Source of the DNA: Takakia lepidozioides | Lineage: Eukaryota; Plantae; Bryophyta | Direction of reading: 5' to 3' | Length of the DNA stretch: 64,000 nt | Assembly (NCBI GenBank): GCA_030704615.1 | Contig: CM060731.1 | Location: forward strand, 7,192,001-7,256,000 | Shown: positions 40,170 through 52,754 of the stretch, one piece after another | Position numbering within the stretch: position 1 is the stretch's first letter | Layout: every line of letters starts with the position of its first letter | The notes under the pieces: generated by a model | The model's database searches: none | Told to the model about the DNA's origin: nothing | What the model saw: only the letters and a program-made list of their open reading frames with translations | Program-made: the position numbers and the translations under genes

Positions 40170-42088
40170 ATGGGTAAGAAGCATGATCAGCCAACAGCTT
40201 TATCTGCATTGCTTCTGGTGGCTATCGGTTTCATTGCGCTCGGAGTAGAAGCTGATAGAGGCGGTCGAGGTGGCGGTCCAGGCGGTCCAGGTGGTGGTCC
40301 AGGTGGCCCTGGAGGCGGTCCAGGTGGCGCTCCAGGTGGCCCTGGAGGCGGTCCGGGCGGTCCAGGTGGCCCTGGAGGCGGACCAGGCGGTCCAGGTGGC
40401 TTTGGAGTGGGGTTCTACGAAAGAACGTGCCCAACTGCCGAGACTATAGTCCGAAATGTTGTGGCCGATGCCTACAGACAAAACATAAAGACTGCACCAG
40501 GCCTCTTGCGGCTGCACTTCCATGACTGCTTTGTTCGGGTATTTCCCCTGAGCTAATGTCCTCTAGATTGCACTTTCTCCTTCGTTGTGCATTACAGTAT
40601 TCGAGACTTCATCAACTTTCTTTGAATGTGAAGTCCCTCAACGCATACAGATGCGTTCGGATTCAATTGAGTTGTCAGATCTACAGTTCGCTAAAACACG
40701 ACAGTTTGGTTGGCCGATTCAGGGTTGTGATGGGTCGGTGCTCCTCGATTCCACAGCAACCAATAAAGCAGAGAAGGATGCGGTCATCAACATAGGTCTG
40801 CATGGTTATGAAGTGATTGATGCTGCCAAAACACAGTTGGAGAAAGCGTGCCCAGGGATTGTTTCATGTGCAGACATTCTTGCATTCGCCGCCCGAGACA
40901 GCACTTTCCTGGTATAGTCTCCTTTTCCACATCTCTGCCATGAACTCATGTTCATCTCTAGCCTCTAGGGAACTCCCGGCGCCCTTGCTTTGTGACCTCA
41001 CATTTGCATTCCACATGACATTCTTCATCTGTCACCTGATCGACCTGTGGTTCGTTCCAAGGATAGCTATTGTACTAGAAAAGGTCCCTTTCCAGGTACA
41101 AATTCATCTAGAGCAACGCTCCGTGACACAGTAGACTTGTGCTTACAAGTAGTGACGAGTATATAACATACGTGCACGCATTCACTTTTCACCCCTTGCA
41201 GACTGGAGGTCAATTCTGGGGGGTACCTTCTGGGCGAAGAGACGGGACCATCTCTTTGATTTCCGACCCAGACAATAATTTGCCATCTGCGCTCGATTCT
41301 GTGAGCAAGCTCACACAGACATTCCAAGCAAAGGGACTCTCTCAAGAACAGATGGTCGTACTTTCAGGTACAAATGCTGCTCCGAGTGTGAGATTCATAT
41401 GTAGTTTGATCATAGCTCTACCTACCACTTTGCAGACCTACCAATTGATAAGGTTTTTTTTAGTAGGGAGCTCACGAGTAGTGCTCAACAGATTTTGAAC
41501 CCACCGTTTGATTAAAATTTTTGGACTGAACCAGAGATTAAGCATCTGGATCCGAGGAAATCTTTCCTAGTAAGCTGCAACCACCACAGCGCAACACTGT
41601 GTTCAGGCGCGATAGTTAACCAAGGTTGAAGTAATTTCGTGTCATTGAGGTAGTCGCTTGGTGTATTCTGTATGGCAGGTTCTCACACCATTGGCGTATC
41701 CCATTGCGGTGTCGTTGTTCCTCGACTCTATTTCTTCAACAGTACGGATCCCACAGATCCAACCCTCGATCCTGGATTTGCAGCGTCCTTGAAACAACAG
41801 TGTCCCCAGACCAGTGGTTTTACCACAGAAGTCAGTCTTGACGTGGGAACGCCTGACGTATTCGACAACAGCTACTACCAAAACTTGATCCAGGGCAAGG
41901 GGCTGTTGACATCAGACCAAGAGCTAAGTTTCGACCCCGCTACCCGAGCAGCTGTACTTCAGAATTCGAGGTTTAATGGGTTTCTGTTCAAGCAGAAATT
42001 CGCCAATGCCATGGTGGCAATGAGCTCGATTGGGGTGTTGACTGGAACAGACGGACAGATTAGAACGAATTGCAGAGCTATAAATTGA
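40170..42088 (+). CDS. Class III secretory peroxidase, 4 exons, about 377 aa, with a Gly/Pro-repeat extension
   Basis: Exons 40170-40538, 40723-40911, 41202-41367 and 41679-42088 have the canonical intron positions and join in frame. Motifs: signal peptide, [56 protein letters not shown]. Confidence 0.95.
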
Positions 42089-45000
42089 AACCTCTCTTCA
42101 GGAAACCTCTAGCGCTGTATATACCGTTGCTGATCAGAAATGGTGTTTCTATAGTCTGTACAAGCACACATAAAAACCTGCAGTGAGCTCAATTAACGCT
42201 GTTTTAGTCAGAGTACGCAGAAACTGGAATTTGGAAATTCTTTGTAGAAACGTTCCTCCACTCGTGAATTTTCCCAGCTCTTGTGAATACGTCGTCACAG
42301 TTGCAAGATGTAAGTTGCTTTGACTTTTTTTGACAGATCCGAAATAAAGTAATGTTACTTCACAACGTCGTCGAGGAAAATCAAAGAACTTAACCCCTAA
42401 ACGCCCGGCAGGCATGTTTGACTTTCCACGAAAAACCAGACCCCCCCTCCTCGAAATCGTTCGTAATTTTTGATTTTTTTACAATTTTGGAAAATTGACC
42501 GGACAATCTCTCCCCACCTACCCCGTGCCAAATTTCGGGCCCTTAAAAGCAGGTGTGGCGGATTCTGCCACCTTTTCGGCCTAATTCTCAGGCCGAATCG
42601 GCCACCCAGGGCAGAATCGGCAGGGATGGCCGATTACGCACAGAGGACGGCAGACCTACCACCACCGAGGCCCATGTCATCAGCCATCAACCCAGCCGCC
42701 TTCCCTTGAGGCTCGCCCGGGGACTCTGAATCTGGGCAATCGATATGGGATAATCGAACCTCAATCATATTGCGCCCCTCAATCATATTGCGCCATGTAG
42801 CGGCGAGAATCCGCCACATCTGCTTTTAACGCCAGTGAACGGGCCGCGTTGGCAGACTCTGCCCTGTGCGCGGCCATAGGGCTCGCCCAAAGGCCGCTTA
42901 CAGGGCAGAATCGGCCAAACACGACCCCTTCTCTAGTACAATAATGTCAGATCTGCAAAAACCCCACCATTGTGGGTGGGGCCCATTTTTTGGACGTGTG
43001 TCAAGTTTAACAGGAAACAGAGCTTTTCATATGCGTGACCTGGTAGTTTCCAGTGTTGTACTGGTATGTGCCAGTCGGTGGTATGTGCACTGTTATGAGT
43101 AAGGGTATTGTAGACGTGGGGCATATACCCCGGCTATACCCAGGACCCCGGGTTTTGAACACTGGACCTACCCCCTACCTACCATACCAGTCTAGGTATG
43201 AACTATTTTTCATATGTACTCGACTTGCGACCCGTATTGAGGATTGATGAACCCAAGCTAGCATGGGTATGTATAATGATACAATTTTTTTGTGCTTATC
43301 CTCATTCACATTTGTGCAGTAAAAAATGGCACTATCTTTGGGCTCCCTGTCGCTGGCATCACTAATTTGAGCCCTTGGCATCATGTATTCCAACCACTAC
43401 AACGTGGATCACCATAATATAACCATGTACCAAAAATATAAATTTATAAATAACAACAGGGGTTTGTGGGTACAAATATAAAAGACTGTAAAAATAACAT
43501 GACGTTACCCTTAAAATACCATAATATATAATGTAATTGTCGAAGATACCAACCATTAAAAATATAACCATAGTGTACATATTGCCCCAGTATGTCATTT
43601 GAGTTTACCCATGCCTAGGACCGGGGTATCTCAAAATTCGAAATACCCATACCCATCCTATAACCTACCCTGGCCAATCCAGCACAACACTGGTGGTTTC
43701 CAACGGCTCCCTGCTGGAAAAAATAACCTTACAAAGAGCCATGAAGGCGGAATAACGAGGTTCCACTCCGATCAAATATTGTATTTCAGATGCACAATAT
43801 CTTTCTTTTTAACCAATGATCTCTATCTATAACTATAGATGAATACTTATGTACAACAAGCGCATACTACCATTTTGTCAATTTGAATGTCAATATCAGT
43901 TAAAGACCTAGGCTTCATAAGGAAAACCAGAAGAAGACTAATATAGAATGTTGGGAGGTGTACAATGACAACAACTTTGATTACTGATCCGTTCAAAGAG
44001 CCATTCACTCCCACTGAACTTTATTTTTCAGGTTGATAAAATGTAGAAACCATAACTCGTGGTAGATACATCTACAAGTTCGACCATTAGTTTGTCTTCC
44101 CCAACATAACTATAATCATCTCAAATATACGTAAGCTCTTATAAATGGATTTAATTGCACTCACATACACAATGACTCTCATAAGTATAATTGAGAAACA
44201 ACATGAAGATGATGCCCATCGGGTTTTTGGATATTGGACTATTGCAAGTTGCTCACATATCATGTCCAAATAAACATACCAAAAGAAATAAGCATGCATA
44301 ACAAAGTTCAAACAAAATACAAGCAATAGAAAAAACAAACCGAATCTTATATATCTTGCAATATTTTTTTACAGAAAATGATCGGTAATGGTAGAGAAGA
44401 GACATCACCCATGTGTCATCATTTTTGTGAGTATAAGACAAGAGTCGGGGAGAGACGACCATGCAAATTTTGGCATTGGATCCCCACGGTGGAGCATTGG
44501 GACGGAAAGAGCATTGGGACGGAAAGATCCAACGTATAATATCTCAAGGTATAAGATCTTATGGATGATTGACACATCTTATGGAGCTAATGGATTATTG
44601 ACATGTCCTTGATTTTTCAGCCACGCCGCCACCAAAACTGTGATGCGATACCTTGGGTAATGCTCCTCCTAAGAAAGCTCCGATATGGGAGGAAGAAATG
44701 CACAGAGAGATTGGGGGTATCTATAGAGATCAAAAATATGGTTTGTACAGGAGGTAAAAGATCCAATGAGCAAGGGCAAAGTGGAAAAATGTCCAGCCAT
44801 TCTCACGTTGTTCATCAAGTTGTTCCGATTTCAAATTGAATTCTATATGCAACTCCTCTCTAACTTGATCCTTGATCTCCTAGACTTCCCTTCTTACTCC
44901 GTCTCTTACATGTTCCATTATGAAATAAGCAATTCTTGGATTTCGCATCATAGCCAAATCTCCAGGCGTTGCTTCCACGCTGCTAAACGAGCTTTTTGAC

Positions 45001-45664
45001 GCCGATTTGAATCCTCGCTAATGTGTTCTTCTTTTTGTTTGTTGGCGAGACTAGTCTGTGGATCTTATTGGCCTCTGCATTCAGTTTTTGAGGGGATCCA
45101 ACATGCATAATCTCCATCATAGCATTACCGCCACAATAGTTCTAAAACGCTTTGCATACCACACTTATGATGTGACGGTTGACTACCGGTGCGTTAAATT
45201 TTGAAGCGGGCTACGAAGAGATGTTTCTTGAGTGAATTGCGGTCAAACTATGAAAGGATCATAGGCTAAGTGGTATTTTGGCCTCACAAGAATATTTTAG
45301 AGGTTGTACAAATTTGGGTTTATTTACATAGGCCGGGTCTTTTCAGGCCTTACAAGAATGGTTGTACCAGCCATCCCTCCTTCTTGTTAAGTACAAGATA
45401 AAAGGTGCTAAAGCGAAGTCACAAAGTAGAAATTCTATGGCATAGGAAAAATAAAGTATGTCTTCCTAGCATGAAACTATGAGAATCTGGCAAGACATTA
45501 GCTACGTCATCCAGCCATCCATGTTTCTTGTTAATACGCACAAGACGAGGGGTGTTGAAGGTCATCCAGCCATCCCTGCTTCTTGTTAATAAGCACAAGA
45601 CGAGGGGTGTTGAAGCCAAGTCACAAAGACATTAGGCCAATATAAAAACTTTCAAATGGAGCTG

Positions 45665-46010
45665 TCAGTTTATTTTTGTCCAATTATAGATTTCAAGGTT
45701 TATGAAACTTTCTTTTGTTGAAATAGCTGTTGCATTATTTAAAGCAGTTTGTTGCATGCTCAGAGGATGTCTTTTTGGTGGGGATTGGTGACGTTTGGCG
45801 GAATGGACAGAGTTAGAGAAAGAGAGGGAGGGAGATTGGCACGTACTATGGAGATGGCGAAATAAAGATACGTAGAAAATGGAATATGGGTGATCCTTGA
45901 AGCTTGATGATAGCCCAAACCAATCTAATTTGGTCGAAGAAGTAGATAAGGGCTTAACCGTCCTCTTTGACCTTTTGGTTTGTTGAACATAGGTCAACGC
46001 TGGAGCATGG
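45665..46010 (-). mobile_element. Fragment of a LINE endonuclease domain, inverted relative to the adjacent LINE
   Basis: The minus-strand frame LTYVQ…SSTKLDWFGLSS resembles the (S/A)RLDRF motif of L1 AP-endonucleases. Confidence 0.4.
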
Positions 46011-46019
46011 AATGGCAGG

Positions 46020-47734
46020 AGTGCTTTGAAGATCCTTCACAATGGTGGGAATACAGCGGTAGCAAGGTCCAGAATCAGCAACCTTATGGCCGACCAACCA
46101 AGCATCCACAAATGGATCCTCGTGGGCGACCTCAACATGGTTGAAAATGCTCAGGATAGGAAGCGCCCCGGCTCACATTACCTCACTCCAGACGAGGAAA
46201 ATGCCTGGCATAACCTCACCCAAACACACAGTCTTATAGAGATAGAGAACCCACCCTTCAATCCCAACAGCTCAGTCCCCTTCTTCACCTGGACCAATAA
46301 CAGAGGCATCAATGACCTCTGCATGGCCAGACTTGATCGTTTTTATGTCTCACTTTTTCTTTCACCCTTCGCCTCCCCTGCTCCACAAGATCCCATCCCT
46401 CAAGGGTTTGATCGTGCCATGATTGCCGCTTCTATCAGCATCCCAAACACTTATCCTAGAGGGAGAAGTCTCTTCAAGTTATATACCTCTCACCTCCGCA
46501 TTCCTTCATTCGTTGAAGGTCTTAAGATGACATGGTTGTCTGCTAAGAATGAACTGGAATGCCCGGTGCTTCTTTTCAGGCTAAGCTCAACGCAACCTGT
46601 AAAGACAGCCAACAGCGCAGCTCTGCCAAAAAAAAATTGAAGCTAATGCCTGCGATGAGCATACATACCAAACCTACCTGGAAGCCAGACTTAACCTAGA
46701 AAGTTATCATGTCCAGAAGGAAAAAAAGATGAAGATTCAAGCAGGCATAAACTGGTCCACCAAGGGTGAGAAACTGTCCAAGTACTTTTTCCAAAAAATG
46801 AAGCAAAGAAGGGCCCTTCAAGCCATCTCTGAACTCTACACAGATCTTCATGTGGCCTCTAGTAGAGTCACAATCAATGGTCACATGTCTAGACCATTTC
46901 CACTGCAGAGATCGATAAGGTAGGGTTGCCCACTTGCCCCTTTCCTCTTTCTTTTTGTGGCGGATGCTCTAGGCTATATGTTGGATAACAACCTCCAGGT
47001 TAAGGGTTTGAGACTGCAAAATCCAAAAACACAGGCTTGGAAAGAGGTGAAAGACTCCATGTTTGCTGACGACACCTTTCTTGTTCTAGAGGCAACCCCG
47101 GAAACCTTAGCAGCAGCAGAACAAACTCTCATGAGGTTTTGTGGAGTCTCGGGCTTCAGAGTTAACTGGTCCAAGACCAAGGCATTGCTCGTGGGAGACC
47201 CATCTAAATCAGCCATAGGGGGGTCACCCACATGGGGCAACCATTTAGGGCTAGTCTGGCTCAAAGAGTCAACTACACTGCTAGGTCACACTTTTGGCAT
47301 CAACCTAACAGAGGAATAGAGGATGGGCCCAACTCTGCAAAGACTTAAAACCCAGTTAGCATATTGGGGCTCATACCATCTCTCCATCACGGGGAGAGCT
47401 CTTGCTTCAAACCAAGTTCTCCTCGCAGGGTCGTGGTACTTCGCATCCACATGGAAACCCAACTCCAAAATCATTGACGAAGTTAAAAGGTACATCCGAA
47501 ACTTCATATGGGGGGCTGCCTCTACAGAGCAAAACAAGCGTCCACAAGTCTCTTGGCAACAGATTTGTATGCCCAAGAAGATGGGCGGTTTGGGAATCCT
47601 TGATCCTGACACTCAGATCAAAACTTTGCTAGGAAAATGGATTCCGAGATACCTCAGTCCGAAAGGAGGTTGGTGGAAACTTATGGTTACCCCTTCCATC
47701 CTTTCATCCTCTCCACTGCAAACCACCTCCTGGC
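46020..47734 (+). mobile_element. L1-type LINE ORF2, 5' part (endonuclease plus RT), interrupted by the MULE insertion
   Basis: Motifs WILVGDLN, FTW, ARLDRFYVS, SIR*GCPLAPFLF, MFADDT, SGFRVNWSK and KKMGGLGI. In-frame stops and an internal deletion are present. Confidence 0.9.
47726..47734 (+). repeat. Left target-site duplication CCTCCTGGC
   Basis: Identical 9-mer at 59075-59083. Confidence 0.92.
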
Positions 47735-48384
47735 CAACGACGCAATGGCGTGAGCGTTGCACGTGAGCGCGCGAGCGTACGCTCACGCAGGAGTGACGTG
47801 GCGTGAGCGTACGCTCACGCCAGCTGACGTGGCGTGAGCCTGCACACATGCTGACATGGCGTGAGCGTCATGTCAGCATGCTGATGTGGCGGTAAATGAT
47901 GACGTGGCACTGTCCGTCAACTGCCACGTCAGCATTAACATGCGCCGCCTATAACCGTGGATGGTCCTATGACCGTGGAATTAATGCAGGGAATCTTGCC
48001 TAAATAGAATCAAGACGAGCGTTGAGGCCTACAATTGCAGCATCCAACATTGTGCAATTACAAATGTTTGTTTCACTTTTACAATTACGAAGACGACAAA
48101 ATATCCTCACAAAGTGTGCGCCATAAAGGCTGCCACGAGAAGACTTCATCCCTCCTCAAATAACAATGAGAGTTATGATCATCTTCAAAAGATGATTGTA
48201 GTGCATAGCGACAGCAAGACATGTAGACTTCGAACGGTGCAATGACAAATGTGCACTACCTAAAAGTTGTCACTCAGACCTCACTCCGTATAGTTGGAGG
48301 CCATATCATTGCACAGCCGACGAATTGATGTGAATTACACATTTCAAATCATGGTCATCCACATACCACATTACATAGTTCATG

Positions 48385-51300
48385 CTACCCATGTGTTGTA
48401 TCCCGCTGCAAAAGAGTATCGACCTCGTTGAAACTCATAGTGGCCTGGTGAATGAAGTTGTCACGTTTGGGATCGCAAACCATCCTCCTCAAAAATATGA
48501 AATACAAATGTTTGCAGGGTATGAATTTACCTCTCTTGCCCAAACTGGTTGATAGCATATTCACAAAATCAGGACATGTGCAATTGGGGAAATTGGAAAC
48601 CGTGATGTCGTAGGTCCTGTCATGAACAGCAGATGTGGAAGTGATGATTGTGAATACCCGACCATATCCTGGATCGGGTACTTCCGTGGTGCTTCCGACA
48701 CGAGCTTGGAGCATTCTTGCGGACTCCACTTTGCCAAAGTGTTCAGCGGTTGGAGGGAAACGCCGAACGAGCTTTCCATCTCGTTTGGTTGGCCACAAGT
48801 CAGGATTTGCCGGGGGACCCGGGAGGACGCAGGAGTAGTAGCACATGCATGGAGTTGGGGTTGTCTCGCAAGGGAAAAACCTGCCTCCTCCAGCATTTCA
48901 ATCTCCTGAAAGCTGAGATGTGTTCCCACCTTCACGGGCCAAACGGTTGGAGGAGATGGCTTCATCACTACGGAAGGACGCACAGTTCCATGCACACATC
49001 TGGCACAATCATCTGCGCAGAACCAGAACTTGTGGTTCTTGGCTTCTGGTTGACCGTATGGACGCATCAAGCCCGTGAAAGTCGGAGCAGGAGTTCGGGC
49101 ACCACCTCTGGATATAGATGAAGTGCACTTCTCGAAATTAGTTGCCCTGATCGCTGTACATTTCACACGAGACCCGACACTTGTGCGTTCTATGTGCCAA
49201 ACGTGGTCGGGGCATGCGGACTCAAGCACATCAAGGGGGTTGTTTCTCTCCTGCACCATTTCAGTGGCACGGTTTGATGCTGGAGCTTGCCGTCGTGTTG
49301 GAGGTTCCTCCACAATGGAGGTTCCGGACACGGAGCTGTCATGCAGGGGAACACGAGGCTTCGAGAAGTTATCACGGTCTGCCCTGTGGGAATCTGAATC
49401 CGAACCAGGTGGAGTGTTCAATTTCCTCTTACAGGAGCCGAATCTCTCCTCCCCTTCAAGATGTGGAACTCTAGAAACAAGTGGCGTTCCCTGGGCATAC
49501 ATGCTCACCGCCCGTGCTATCTTGATTGGATCCCCAGATCTGTTTGCAGCACGCAACATCAACTCCGATTTGTCCGGACCCTTGCCACCAACCCCACCTC
49601 GTAAGAAATCACGGTATCGGGTTTGTTGTTGCAAGGCACGTATCAAATCATCTGTTGTTGCCACATACAAATCCCGACCTCGTTTCCCAGACTGCTGCAA
49701 CCATGCATTGTGCACAGTTTCTGCCAAATTGCAAGATGGCATGTCTGCCATTTCCTCAATGGACATGTTCTGCAAAGAGGATAACCACACTTCAGAATAG
49801 TGCACAGGAAACAACATAAAGAAAGCAATGAGTCAAAAATATGGAAAGCAAATGTATGAATAAAGCATGAAATAGAAGCCTCGTACCATTGTCATGGCTG
49901 CTCCCCACTGTCTATACCGGAAGTGCCAAAACGCCAGCCAATCTTCCAATGCTCTCATACTCTCAAGTGATGCAGCTCCAGAAGAGAACCACCAGGCACG
50001 AATTGTCTGGAACAAAGTGTCCGCCTCCTTCATTGTTCTAGCATCTTTGTACTCTTTGCACAATTTACGGTGCTGAGTCTGCATCTCTGGTTTGATGTCC
50101 GACTTTGTATGTTTTTCCAGAGATTGTGTCCAATGGAATAGACATGTACGCTCTCTTCCTGGCATAGGCACTTTTGGGTCGCCCGATCCGAAGACAATAC
50201 GAATAGCATTGAAATTTGCTTGAGCACTATCCGCCATGAAACCTGCGAAATTTGGAGATGGCAGCCCATGGCAGCCCATGACACGTATCAGGGAATTCCA
50301 CATGAGCTTCTGGGATTCCGTATCCTCGGATTGCATGTCACAAACTGCAATTGTCATAACTCGTTGGTACACTGGATCGTAGACATGACAAGCCATTGTC
50401 GTCCAATCCTTCACTCGTTTCACATGATCAAACATAAGAAAACAGTTCTGCAAGTCCCCAGTCTTCTGCATCCGCTTCACGAGGCTAACCCCACTGCCCT
50501 CCCCAACAGTCGACATTTTGAAAAGAAAAACTTTGATGGCACCTTGACCTGGGAATACATTGTCCTGGATGTAATCGTACTTGCTCAGTCGTTTCAATTC
50601 CAAAATATTGTCTATGTAGCCTCTGATCCCAGAGCCCATTCTCAATGCATTGATCTGATGCCGAATGTTAGGTGAACTTAAAGTGGAGAAATGATCCATG
50701 ACCAGGTCCAATGCTGCACCGTCAAGTTTAGTCCCCACAGAATCTCCTTCACTCAAAATATGGCTTTCCAAGAAGGACTTGCTTGCGCCAAGAGCAATTG
50801 CAGATGTTGTTGCGGATGGGTTTCTCCCGAACTCCTGTTTGATCAACCTCGATACTGTCTCAACACTCTCCCTGTAATCCCCCTTCGAGACAGGATGGTT
50901 ATGGAATCCAAAATGCACACAAGCTCTCGTCATTGTATTCAAACGGTGGACAACATAGTACATTCTTGCTCCGCAGAGCGCCAAGCAGGATGGCACAAGT
51001 TTGCAGAATTTGCAGACGAAAGTGTTTGCCGGTGGAGGGGCAGTCCCAGGCTGAAATGGATTCTCCGCCAGACCCTCCCATTCGCTTTGATTATGAACTC
51101 CAGACTGAAGAAAGTGTCTGCAATTCAAATTATCACACCTAAGGTGTCCATTGCAAACTGTCCTCCTGAAAACAAGCTTGTCATCATTCTGAATATTGGA
51201 TGTTTTTGTTCTGCACCACGGGTGCCCGTCGTGTTTCTTGTCCATTCCATGCATCATGATTGTTACACCTCCAACTCGCGGAGGAGGAGGCAGCTCGAAT

Positions 51301-51899
51301 AGGATATCGCCATCAAAAGTCTCCGGCAAGAACTTCACAGGCACCTGCTTCAAAGATTCCCAATCAATTCCCCGCAACTCACTTTTGAATCCAGCCATTC
51401 CTCCCATCGCCCGCAATTTTGGAATGACACTACAAATCTCTTCTTCATCAGCTTCTGCAACCACAGTAGGAAGGACTGGATTTGGAATTTCACTTATGTC
51501 ATCATCGGAAGAATCCGAAAGCTCAACGATTGGAGTGGAGGAAGTCTGTTCTTTTTTCACCACCACCTCCCTCTTGTCTTCAACGACCGAAGCAGCAGTC
51601 CCGGGCGTCACATATGACCCAAGGGACTTTCGCCGAGGCTCTCCAAGTACTCTGTATCGACCAGGACGCACTCTCCACTGGCTGATATGAGCCGTCTCAT
51701 CACGGTTTTGGAAAGAATATTTCACCAACTTCCCTTTCAGATCGTAAACCTCTTTCTCCAAAAAGATGGAGCCATTCTGCAGCTGAAAACGGGTAGCCAA
51801 GACATGTTCCAGAACAATTGCAAATCCATTGTCAAGGACTTCCTGGGAGAACGGCACTGGTTTGTCGTCTGAGAAGAACTCCGCTTCAGAGGAAGCCAT
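48385..51899 (-). CDS. MULE transposase with GCM-like Zn domain, DDE core and C-terminal SWIM finger (about 1132 aa; one intron, one -1 frameshift)
   Basis: Exons 51899-49887 and 49769-48385 (GT-AG, phase 0), with a frameshift near 48820-48850. GCM-like W…T.N…C.G…C…C…CxxC…C…G.HNHP; catalytic D in FLMFDH, D in FMADSAQA, CxxH (CLFHW), E in NLAETVH; SWIM CTCPDF…CKH. Confidence 0.88.
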
Positions 51900-52754
51900 C
51901 TTCCTTCCTCGAGTATGTTTGTACCTTGCTATCGCAGATCTAGTGTAAATCGGTTTACTGCTGTCTCCAGAACACAGTTGAAGAATGAGCAGAGCATATG
52001 GCGGAGGAAGCTCAGATAACGACTGTGCATATTCTGTTATTCATTCCAGATATGCAGCCGTCCATTTTAATTACTTTTCTTGTGGGCCCAGTGGTCAGAG
52101 AATCCATAGGGGCAGTGTCGGCAACTGTTAAACCGTTAATCAGAACCTCATCAATAAACCCAATAACAAAGCCGACTTCCTGGAAGCATGCCACAGGATC
52201 CGAGAATGGGATTGCAGATTAAGTAAATGTATCTATATACTACTACCAATGATCATGCGCACCTGGAAAGTTCCAAATGTGCAACGAATGTGGGGTTTGG
52301 ATAACAAGGATGACCGTGTATGATATTCCAAAATTTGTCATCAAACTCTCGTTCATTTATATTTATTTGTTTAAGACTGCGCATCAATTTCTGGGATTCG
52401 CTGTTCTTTTTAAATATTGAACCAGTTATAATTTAGAACACGCCGTTTTGTTTTGGGCGGCACACGTCAGACATCCATAACTGAATACGAACAGCTGTAC
52501 ACCAATTGCTGGCATGTGCACTAATAACGAAACGACTATGTGTAACGGTCACGCGGGAGGGAATCCGATGCTTCTAGAGACACGCAAGAACACAGGCAAT
52601 CCCGCAAGAAATCGGGAGTCACTGCGTTTTTCTACTTTTCGCGCTTAGAGGGAGAGTGGTAGTCAAGCTGGAGAGGGTTCCTTCTAGAATACGAAAGAGA
52701 AGAAAGTCTCTTTATTTTACTTCCCTTAGAGAGAGACGCAGAGCAAGAGAGAAA

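Noticed and set aside
44400-45250. Possible old MULE/SWIM remnant on the minus strand
   Set aside because: Only a frameshifted CPC…H-like hint, which is insufficient support.
45665-46640. Twin-priming 5' inversion of the + strand LINE
   Set aside because: The inverted fragment has its own diverged RLD-type motif, which is redundant with the one in the + copy, so it is more likely a separate LINE piece.
49075-51690. Long + strand ORFs (241, 203 and 164 aa)
   Set aside because: Antisense shadows of the transposase frame, with no independent motifs.
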